A stretch of 64,000 bases of DNA from positions 3,068-67,067 of the IMG/VR virus record IMGVR_UViG_3300032295_001004; one strand, 5' to 3'. The notes below the pieces were generated by a model that had not been told where the DNA came from, did no database searches, and saw only the letters and a list, made by a program, of their open reading frames with translations. The position numbers were made by a program, and so were the translations under genes. Position 1 is the first letter of the stretch. The number at the start of each line of letters is the position of its first letter. Below, piece after piece: positions 17,980 to 25,306 of this stretch. The stretch is from a virus (taxonomy: Duplodnaviria > Caudoviricetes).

Positions 17980-18530
17980 AATATGTTTACAAATTAAATT
18001 TGCCGCCTTTAGAAGAAGTTTTTTTAGATTCTGCATTTAGAATGTTTTTCTCAGAAATTCCAAAATATAGATTTATTTCTTATAAGTATTTTAAACCAGC
18101 AGACTTGTTTAAAGAAGAATTTTTAAATATCAACGGCAACGAATTTGATCTATCGACTGTTTATATAAAAAAAGACAGGGCTGGCGAAATACATGCTGAT
18201 ACTGGAAAAGATGCAAGTGTTAAGACATGGGGTATTAATTGGGTACACGGCGGCACCGGAATGTTAGAATATTGGGATTTCCTGCCTGAAGAAAAAAAGA
18301 TACAGCCTACTCAGACCAGTGGTTTGTTATATCAAATATACGACATCGATACTCCGGCTACTCATAGTTACGATATGGAACCAGGTTGTGCATATTTGGT
18401 AAATGCAGCAATACCTCATAGAGCGTCCGGTGTAGGAAATCGATTTGCAGTAACTCTGCGATCAACTAAAATGTTTCATTTAAGTTGGGAAGAAGTAGTA
18501 GGACAAATGAAAAATTTAATTAAGGAATAA
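17976..18530 (+). CDS. Putative 2OG-Fe(II) oxygenase-like protein
   Basis: EIHAD ... IPHRA ... RFAVTLR. Confidence 0.55.
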   Translation: MKYVYKLNLPPLEEVFLDSAFRMFFSEIPKYRFISYKYFKPADLFKEEFLNINGNEFDLSTVYIKKDRAGEIHADTGKDASVKTWGINWVHGGTGMLEYWDFLPEEKKIQPTQTSGLLYQIYDIDTPATHSYDMEPGCAYLVNAAIPHRASGVGNRFAVTLRSTKMFHLSWEEVVGQMKNLIKE

Positions 18531-18534
18531 AAGT

Positions 18535-19848
18535 ATGTTTTGTAAAACTGTTTGGCATGGTCTTTATATTTTACCGTACGGTGATGTAAGATTGTGTTCT
18601 ATTGCAACTAATTCTAAAAAAGAATTAGACAATAATGCCGCAAGAGATAAAGATGGAAATTTAATGAATATACTTACGCATAGTATTAAAGAAATTATGA
18701 ATTCCGATAAGCATTGTCAGGTCAGGGCATTAAATCAAAAAGATCCTAAAGCATGGAGTCCTCATTGTGATTGTTGCGAAGTTAGAGAACGAGTTACAAA
18801 CCACGAAAGAACACATAAAAATAAAAGTCGTAGAATTTATTTGAACGAGTTAATTCCAACAGAGGATACTGCCACTGAAGAAAATTATATAGGTAAAGCA
18901 ACAGAGGATGGAAAGATTGATTGGTATCCTGCTAGTTTAGATATCCGATTTGGAAACTTATGTAATCAAAAATGCATTATGTGTTCTCCAGAGTTTAGTA
19001 ACCTATGGTACGACGACTGGCACGAGTGGACCGGTGGGTTGAAGCAATTCCACAATGGAAGGCCTGTGACCTTAATTAAAAACGAACATAACAAATGGGT
19101 TGCACCTGATCAACTTCAATGGCACGAAGATCCAAGGTGGTGGCCAAAGTTTGAAGAAATGGCACCCCATCTAAAGCACATATATGTAACTGGCGGCGAA
19201 CCAATGGTTGTACCTGCTCACGATATTATGCTAGATAAACTAATAGAATGGGGACATGCTGAACATATTGTTATAGAATATGATACAAATGCCACAGTTG
19301 TAAATGACAAACTAGCAGAACGATGGAAACACTTTAAGATGGTTGACATACGAGTTAGTATGGATTCAACTAAAGACCAGTACGAAATAATTAGGTCTGG
19401 TGGCAAGTGGGAAAAGTTTGTAAAGAATGTAGAGAAATTAAAGCAGTACGAAAAAGAAAGTAACAAGCAGATTCGTGTATCTGCACTGACTACTTGTTTT
19501 CAGATGACTACAGCTCACACTATATTAAAAACTGAGGAATGGTGTAAATCTATAGGTGTTAATTTCCATATTAGATTCTTAGAAGGTCCTCCTCATCACA
19601 GAGTATTACATCTTCCTGTAGCGGCAAGAGACGAGCTACTAAAGATCTATAGCGAGTCTGATTCAGAGAAGGCAAAGATGATTATAAAGTTCTTAATTGA
19701 CAATAGAAATTCTACAGTTAGCAATCCAGAACATGTACATACATTTGTAAAGTTTATGAACTTCTTAGACGAAAGAAGAGGAACAGACTGGAAACCAGTT
19801 TTTCCTCAGTTAACTGATATGTTAACAAGACACGGATTTATGCCTTAA
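18535..19848 (+). CDS. Radical SAM enzyme with N-terminal SPASM-like Cys domain
   Basis: FCKTVW...GDVRLC...CDCC; LDIRFGNLCNQKCIMC; TGGEP. Confidence 0.8.
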   Translation: MFCKTVWHGLYILPYGDVRLCSIATNSKKELDNNAARDKDGNLMNILTHSIKEIMNSDKHCQVRALNQKDPKAWSPHCDCCEVRERVTNHERTHKNKSRRIYLNELIPTEDTATEENYIGKATEDGKIDWYPASLDIRFGNLCNQKCIMCSPEFSNLWYDDWHEWTGGLKQFHNGRPVTLIKNEHNKWVAPDQLQWHEDPRWWPKFEEMAPHLKHIYVTGGEPMVVPAHDIMLDKLIEWGHAEHIVIEYDTNATVVNDKLAERWKHFKMVDIRVSMDSTKDQYEIIRSGGKWEKFVKNVEKLKQYEKESNKQIRVSALTTCFQMTTAHTILKTEEWCKSIGVNFHIRFLEGPPHHRVLHLPVAARDELLKIYSESDSEKAKMIIKFLIDNRNSTVSNPEHVHTFVKFMNFLDERRGTDWKPVFPQLTDMLTRHGFMP

Positions 19849-20425
19849 CATTTAATAGGGGAGCTATTTCTTTAAATGGTTCCCCGAATCCGTATGTGAT
19901 TAGATATCTAGGAACAGTATTAGATGCTACTACAGCATGAATTCGATGAGTATCCACTAGATAGGCCTCTCCCTCTTTCATGATATAAGTGTGGTGACGA
20001 GCACGAAATGTATCGTATCTATTATCTATACCCATCTGTGTAAGAGATCCTGAGCTATTCTTAACACCTACATTAATACAACACATTCTTCCATCTTCAT
20101 CACGATGAGGAACAATGTCGCCTAGTGTCTTAATAAAATGGACTCGCTCTCGTTTCAATTTTAATTCAGGTTTAAATATTTCAGCAAACCTTTCTAGTAC
20201 AAGAGTAACCATGTCTCTTAGAACAGGGTGTTTGTCAGTGTGTCTAGTAAAACTAATTGATCCGCCTGAGTTACCTTCATTCCTATATTCCATCCAGCAA
20301 GGGTAGCTAGGAACTTCCATCTCTGCTCCGTACTTATGGACAACAATTTCCAATTCCTCAGATGCTTCGATAAACTTATTAAACTCAGCGGGCTCTATTA
20401 TTCGACCTAATGGTAATACTGACAT
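19838..20425 (-). CDS. Putative 2OG-Fe(II) oxygenase-like protein
   Basis: IVPHRD ... RIHAV ... RYLITY. Confidence 0.6.
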   Translation of the reverse strand: MSVLPLGRIIEPAEFNKFIEASEELEIVVHKYGAEMEVPSYPCWMEYRNEGNSGGSISFTRHTDKHPVLRDMVTLVLERFAEIFKPELKLKRERVHFIKTLGDIVPHRDEDGRMCCINVGVKNSSGSLTQMGIDNRYDTFRARHHTYIMKEGEAYLVDTHRIHAVVASNTVPRYLITYGFGEPFKEIAPLLNVKA

Positions 20426-20433
20426 ACGATTCC

Positions 20434-21228
20434 TTATTTTAAAAATGGTTTAAAGATATTACAAGGATCCCATTCCCACCATTTTCCGCTGACTGCTTTT
20501 CCAAAATCAAAACTTTTAGGATCATAATGATGATTGTTGTGCCATCCTTGACCCCATGCTGTGTATCCTAGAATTAGATTATTCTGACTTTGATCAGGTG
20601 TATCGAAATTACGATAACCTATAAGTCCTTTATAGTGACCGTATACATTAACTAAGTTATCTTGGGTAACTCCTATCATAGATACTAAACAACATACACC
20701 TAGTGCGAATTGCCAGTTGAATAAAGCAATTAGTAAGGGAACACCCCACAGTACTTTTAAATGATGATTGTGGAACCAAACATGGTTTGGTTTTCTTAAT
20801 AAGTCTACTGAATATTTGATGTTAACAGGGTTAGTGGTTTCTGTAATTTTATATTGCCAGCCCACAAATGCAGTTAGTTTATTGTAGGCTGCTGGACTAT
20901 GTAAGTCTGTTAATGTATCTGAATGAGGATGATGATATCCTCGGTGCAATGCTACCCAAAATATACTTGCACCCTGGCCCGATAATGCACCAAAAAATAA
21001 TAAAACATTTTCTTTCCATGTAGGCAGTTTATGAGTCCTATGACTAAAAACTCTATGGTATCCTACTGCAACACCTAACCCACATACCAGTACCCACAAG
21101 ATAAATGCAAACCATAGGTAATACAAAGGAATTACGCCAATTGCATAACATACAACTGCCGTAGTCCCTAATATCATAGCCGGTACAAATTGAAACCAAA
21201 ATGATTTACTAATTGTTTGCAACTTCAT
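20434..21228 (-). CDS. Membrane-bound fatty acid desaturase (delta-9/DesC-like)
   Basis: Three His boxes HRVFSH, HRGYHH, HNNHH plus hydrophobic segments. Confidence 0.88.
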   Translation of the reverse strand: MKLQTISKSFWFQFVPAMILGTTAVVCYAIGVIPLYYLWFAFILWVLVCGLGVAVGYHRVFSHRTHKLPTWKENVLLFFGALSGQGASIFWVALHRGYHHPHSDTLTDLHSPAAYNKLTAFVGWQYKITETTNPVNIKYSVDLLRKPNHVWFHNHHLKVLWGVPLLIALFNWQFALGVCCLVSMIGVTQDNLVNVYGHYKGLIGYRNFDTPDQSQNNLILGYTAWGQGWHNNHHYDPKSFDFGKAVSGKWWEWDPCNIFKPFLK

Positions 21229-21863
21229 ATGTTCCCACCAATAGGCAATGTTGTTCGATATTCCTGCTTTAGAAAGCTACATCTAATAACAGTATCTGCA
21301 GGCAATAAGGTTCTTTTAAACAATACTTCCCAATATTTTGCAAAGAAACATTTTGTTTGTTTAGGAATTATCATTTCGTCAAAGTATCCGTATCTATCAT
21401 TATTGTAATCACTGTATGTAAATTTTCGAAGTAACCTTGCGTGTTTTTTATTAACTAAGGTAAAGAACTTTAGTCTACCATTTGCTTCGTTATACTCAAT
21501 ACACTTATCTAACAACGCTTTTAATGTATTATTATCTCCGTCGCTTCTATAAAGTGTGCAATACCAAGACGGTTCTTCTTGACTTTCGTAAAATGTTGCA
21601 AAGGCAGTGACCTGACCTTCTTCGTTTATGTTTCCAAAAGCATGAAAAGTTTTTAAATCTTTAAGGTATGTGCTACAGAATGCACCATATAATTTTTCAT
21701 TAAAATCTATTTCTTCAACTTGTTGTCTATATTCCGGCTCTAATTTTTCATCTACATTTTTATAATAGTCCGCTGCATCATCTACACCCATGTATTTTCG
21801 TGTACTGTAGAATAAATTTTTAACTGCCTCTCGATGAGACCTATCCAATTTTACAATGTTCAT
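21225..21863 (-). CDS. Hypothetical protein, possible GNAT-fold acyltransferase
   Basis: beta-rich core (FGNINEEGQVTAFATFY), then LKALLDKCIEYNEANG; 4-nt overlaps on both sides. Confidence 0.4.
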   Translation of the reverse strand: MNIVKLDRSHREAVKNLFYSTRKYMGVDDAADYYKNVDEKLEPEYRQQVEEIDFNEKLYGAFCSTYLKDLKTFHAFGNINEEGQVTAFATFYESQEEPSWYCTLYRSDGDNNTLKALLDKCIEYNEANGRLKFFTLVNKKHARLLRKFTYSDYNNDRYGYFDEMIIPKQTKCFFAKYWEVLFKRTLLPADTVIRCSFLKQEYRTTLPIGGNI

Positions 21864-22771
21864 AAACTGTTATCTTCCATTAATTTAGAAATAGGAATAC
21901 CATCTAAACTAGGTTCAAGGCGCCTAACCAACGGTAACCCTAATTGTACAAACGCTTCCGCATTGAATGCCAGCAGTTTTTCAAATCCGTGAGTTTTCTT
22001 TTTAAATCTTATATCAGGATATAGCTGTCGTAAAATTCTATTCTTACTAGACACTGATGCCAGTTTATAATTGTACCTAGTGTGTATTAATTCTTGTATT
22101 TCAAAATCTTCTAAGTAATACATCATCATTTCTGGGGTATAACTAAACCATTCATTAACTAAAGGTATCTTAAACTTTTCGCTAAAACGCATTGCACTGG
22201 CGTCTTCATTTTCTCGGAAACAATGATACCACCAGCTATCTGTAGGTGTAACCTGCCTTCTTAGAAATTGTTCTCCGCCCATTACAGCAGGTAATCCTAA
22301 TTTCTTTATTTGATTATATACCATAAGATATGTAATTTGACTACAATCAATCTCTTTGGCAAATTCAGCAGCTTCACCTGACCAGAAAAAGTCTTCAACA
22401 TCAAAATCTATAATTTCTAATTGTAAGTCTAGTTCTTTAGCAATAGCAATTGCTTCTTCTACATCTGGCAAATTGTAGTCATCTTTAAATTTAAGCATGA
22501 AGCATTTAGGCTTATGCCCAATTTCTAAAAAATTTCTAACAACAATTTCACTATCAGTGCCGCCACTGAGCAGAACAACTAGATCCTTACCATACTCAGA
22601 TAATACACAATCTGCTGTTCTTCTTAGCTCTTGGCGCCAACTACTAGTTCTATAATAATCTTTGTCAATCGTTCCTGCAAACACTTCATACTTTTCGTAT
22701 GGTGTTTCTCTATATCCAAATTTTCTTCCACCTATAGTATAGTAAAGGTGGTTATTATATGTATAGTTCAT
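21860..22771 (-). CDS. PP-loop (asparagine synthase C-domain-like) adenylating enzyme
   Basis: LVVLLSGGTDSE PP-loop, AVMGGE; paralog of 7395-8594. Confidence 0.7.
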   Translation of the reverse strand: MNYTYNNHLYYTIGGRKFGYRETPYEKYEVFAGTIDKDYYRTSSWRQELRRTADCVLSEYGKDLVVLLSGGTDSEIVVRNFLEIGHKPKCFMLKFKDDYNLPDVEEAIAIAKELDLQLEIIDFDVEDFFWSGEAAEFAKEIDCSQITYLMVYNQIKKLGLPAVMGGEQFLRRQVTPTDSWWYHCFRENEDASAMRFSEKFKIPLVNEWFSYTPEMMMYYLEDFEIQELIHTRYNYKLASVSSKNRILRQLYPDIRFKKKTHGFEKLLAFNAEAFVQLGLPLVRRLEPSLDGIPISKLMEDNSL

Positions 22772-23004
22772 TGCATTAAATCAATCAAATGTTTAACTGT
22801 AACAACAGCGGTTTTTGAATCAATAGTTTCTTTGCCGGTCACATCTTCATAATACATTTGTAATTCAACCGCATCGAGACTATCAACACCTATGTCTAGT
22901 AATCTAGTATCTTCGGTGATTAGATCCGGAACTTTACCTTTTAACTCTAGAAGTGCTTTTTTTAAAAACTCAATTTTATCTGTCTGCGTAGTTAATTCAA
23001 TCAT
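22768..23004 (-). CDS. Acyl carrier protein
   Basis: 78 aa acidic protein with LLDIGVDSLDAVEL (GxDSL phosphopantetheine site) and TVKHLID. Confidence 0.85.
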   Translation of the reverse strand: MIELTTQTDKIEFLKKALLELKGKVPDLITEDTRLLDIGVDSLDAVELQMYYEDVTGKETIDSKTAVVTVKHLIDLMQ

Positions 23005-23539
23005 TTTGTTCTCTTTTATATTCAGCTACAAACTGTACAGAATTATTTACTACCTTAGTACCTATGGGTTTAAATTTCTTGTAATCAGCTGGCCACTGAT
23101 TAAACATACCTGCGGGTTTGTTATTTGAAAGATTTACAAGTGCATCGTATATCGGTTTATTATAATGATTGCAAGTTATCCAGATAGAGTTGTATGCTTT
23201 CGATTCTTCAATAATCTTTGGAAGAATATATTTTGCCATATTGTATGATGTTCTAAACTTCAACGGAATATAAGCTCGAACCAGAGCCAATACTGTATTG
23301 TCATCTAACCTGTTCCATCCTGCACTACCTGCATACTCTCCAGTTTCAGTTTGCATAACAAAATAGTTTCCTATTTCAAACCTACCATGTTCTAGTAGAT
23401 AAAACAGATTAGCATGATCATCTTTAAAATATGGATGATAGTTTATAGCAAGATCGTGTTCGGGAAGATCCTCTAATCCTTGCTGTAATAATTTAACAAT
23501 CGGATTATTACTTAAATCTTTTATCGAATGGACAATCAT
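22997..23539 (-). CDS. GNAT-like acyltransferase
   Basis: YFVMQ..GEYAGSAGW...LVRAYIPLKFR (motif A-like). Confidence 0.5.
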   Translation of the reverse strand: MIVHSIKDLSNNPIVKLLQQGLEDLPEHDLAINYHPYFKDDHANLFYLLEHGRFEIGNYFVMQTETGEYAGSAGWNRLDDNTVLALVRAYIPLKFRTSYNMAKYILPKIIEESKAYNSIWITCNHYNKPIYDALVNLSNNKPAGMFNQWPADYKKFKPIGTKVVNNSVQFVAEYKREQND

Positions 23540-23545
23540 ATTAGA

Positions 23546-23592
23546 TATTTAATTCATAAATAGTTGACACAGATGCTAAGTGATACTATACT
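23546..23592. promoter_or_regulatory. Divergent control region: minus-strand TAAATA for the ACP operon; plus-strand ATAAATA and sigma70 promoter for the tRNA-like RNA
   Basis: TATTTA at 23546-23551; ATAAATA at 23556-23562; TTGACA(23564)-N17-TATACT(23587). Confidence 0.7.
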
Positions 23593-23598
23593 AGTTAT

Positions 23599-23708
23599 AC
23601 GGTCGTGAGTGGAATATGGCAGACCTCCATTTTGTTGCAATACAAGATCGGGACGGGGCGAAGACTTAGTCACAGCCCTTGTAGGTTCAAGACCTACCGA
23701 CCGTACCA
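23599..23708 (+). ncRNA. 110-nt tRNA-Leu-like RNA with enlarged anticodon and variable arms
   Basis: Acceptor ACGGTCG/CGACCGT, A73, CCA; D-loop ...TGGCAGA; T-arm GTAGG-TTCAAGA-CCTAC. About 55 nt lie between the D and T arms, with no canonical 7-nt anticodon loop. Confidence 0.7.
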
Positions 23709-23739
23709 GATTTATATATAAGTAAAAACAACAACAATT

Positions 23740-23822
23740 GCCCTGGTGGTGAAATTGGTAGACACGCTGGTCTTAGAAGCCAGTGCGAGAGCGTGACGGT
23801 TCGAGTCCGTCCTAGGGCACCA
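23740..23822 (+). tRNA. tRNA-Leu(UAG)
   Basis: GCCCTGG/CTAGGGC acceptor, CTGGT-CT-TAG-AA-GCCAG, variable arm, TTCGAGT, CCA. Confidence 0.93.
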
Positions 23823-23828
23823 AATACA

Positions 23829-24533
23829 ATGAGCTACGATCGTAGAATAGAACTAATACATATTTTGCTAAGCCGGACTAACGGCAAGGTATATCAAGGT
23901 CCGTTTAAAGGGATGAAAATTTTACCCAAATGGAGTTGGGGTGACGGTGATGTTGGTGGTAAGGTTCTAGGTGTTTACGAGTCAGAATTGTTTCCTGCTA
24001 TCGAAACTGCTATTGCAAATAATCCAGACTTAGTTTTAAACATTGGCTGTGCTGAAGGATTCTACGGAATTGGATTGGCAATCCGTACAGGTCGTAAAAC
24101 TATTTTGTTTGATCTTATGGAATCTGCAATAAGTATTGCCAGAGAGAACGCACAGGCCAATGGTGTAAACAATATTCTGTTCAGCAACGAATGCACCTCA
24201 GAAGTTTACCAACACTACCTTAATCAAGCAAACAATCCGTTAGTAGTTATGGACTGTGAGGGCGCAGAAGATCAATTATTAGATTTATCTGTAATTCCTG
24301 CACTATTAAAGACTTCAATTATTGTCGAAAGCCATGATTGCAATATCCCCGGGTTGACCAACAAGTTAATCGAACGATTTAAAGATACTCATAATATTCA
24401 AATTATTGAGCAAGGTTCAAAGAATCCCTATACTGAAATTACTCGAGACTTTTCAGATTGGGATAAAATGTTATTAAGTTGTGAGTTTAGACCTAGTACA
24501 ATGAGCTGGTTATACTTGACACCTAAAACTTAA
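23829..24533 (+). CDS. Class I SAM methyltransferase-like protein
   Basis: VLNIGCAEGFYG glycine motif, VVMDCEGAE (FkbM-like). Start moved to ATG 23829 because the track start overlaps tRNA-Leu. Confidence 0.6.
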   Translation: MSYDRRIELIHILLSRTNGKVYQGPFKGMKILPKWSWGDGDVGGKVLGVYESELFPAIETAIANNPDLVLNIGCAEGFYGIGLAIRTGRKTILFDLMESAISIARENAQANGVNNILFSNECTSEVYQHYLNQANNPLVVMDCEGAEDQLLDLSVIPALLKTSIIVESHDCNIPGLTNKLIERFKDTHNIQIIEQGSKNPYTEITRDFSDWDKMLLSCEFRPSTMSWLYLTPKT

Positions 24534-24544
24534 TCAGTTATTAT
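24516..24544 (+). promoter_or_regulatory. Probable sigma70 promoter for tRNA-Thr
   Basis: TTGACA-N17-TATTAT. Confidence 0.5.
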
Positions 24545-24566
24545 AGTAGTAGTTAAATAAACACAC

Positions 24567-24641
24567 GCCCTTGTAGCTCACTGGCAGAGCACTCGCCTTG
24601 TAAGCGATAGGTAGTTAGTTCGATTCTAACCTGGGGCACCA
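24567..24641 (+). tRNA. tRNA-Thr(UGU)
   Basis: GCCCTTG/CTGGGGC acceptor, TCGC-CT-TGT-AA-GCGA, TTCGATT, CCA. Confidence 0.9.
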
Positions 24642-24655
24642 ACTACAATATAATA

Positions 24656-25306
24656 ATGCTAGACACAATTTGCGATGTACTTAAAGCCAGCTACGATAAA
24701 GGCTGGATCACAACACGGGATGGCAACGCCAGTTTCCGTAGACCCTCAGAAAATCATTTCTATATCACTCCTAGTGGTGTTCGTAAGCAACACCTAAATG
24801 CCGAACTAATGATCAAGTTAGCATTTACAGAGGAAGAAGAAACAGCAGTCAAAGCCGATGTCAAGATGCCCTGGCATAATATTGCTCGAGTAGATGACGA
24901 ATACCAGCGCAGAATTTCAGGCCTTGGTCCAAGTGGTGAATTACCTATGCACTACCTGTTGCAACAAGCAACTAAAGAAAATAGAGTAATACTGCACCTA
25001 CACCCAACATATATTATTTCAGCTATGTACGCAGGTCTTGACCTGCAATACATTGCACAAGAATTTCCAGAGATCAATAGGTATACTAGGGTAGGACCTG
25101 CACTACCACAAATACCTCCCATTAGTGCCGCATTGGCATTAGATGTTGAAAAAGCATTTAATCACAACGATGGCAAGATTGATTTTGATATTATAGGCAT
25201 GGACAGGCATGGAGTTGTAGCAATTGCCGACAATGCATGGACTGCCTTTGAACATGTTGAACGATTAGAACATGTTTGCCAAATTGTTTTAGGTGCTAAT
25301 TTATGA
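24656..25306 (+). CDS. Class II aldolase/adducin-family protein
   Basis: DGNAS, ITPSG, ELPMH, HLHP, RHG metal-binding motifs. Confidence 0.8.
   Translation: MLDTICDVLKASYDKGWITTRDGNASFRRPSENHFYITPSGVRKQHLNAELMIKLAFTEEEETAVKADVKMPWHNIARVDDEYQRRISGLGPSGELPMHYLLQQATKENRVILHLHPTYIISAMYAGLDLQYIAQEFPEINRYTRVGPALPQIPPISAALALDVEKAFNHNDGKIDFDIIGMDRHGVVAIADNAWTAFEHVERLEHVCQIVLGANL

Noticed and set aside
7395-22771. Lasso peptide cluster (AsnB-like cyclases)
   Set aside because: No transglutaminase-like B2 protease, PqqD/RRE or precursor with a Thr(-2)/Gly1 pattern is visible.
6772-23539. Definite carbapenem/beta-lactam pathway
   Set aside because: The enzyme classes are analogous, but no carboxymethylproline synthase (crotonase) is present and the PP-loop proteins lack the N-terminal domain of beta-lactam synthetases. 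Kept only as an analogy.
23599-23708. Selenocysteine tRNA or tmRNA
   Set aside because: No UCA anticodon or 6-bp D-stem; too short for tmRNA and no tag ORF.
23793-23828. N-terminal extension MTVRVRPRAPNT of the methyltransferase ORF
   Set aside because: It overlaps the T-arm and acceptor stem of tRNA-Leu; the true start is more likely ATG 23829.
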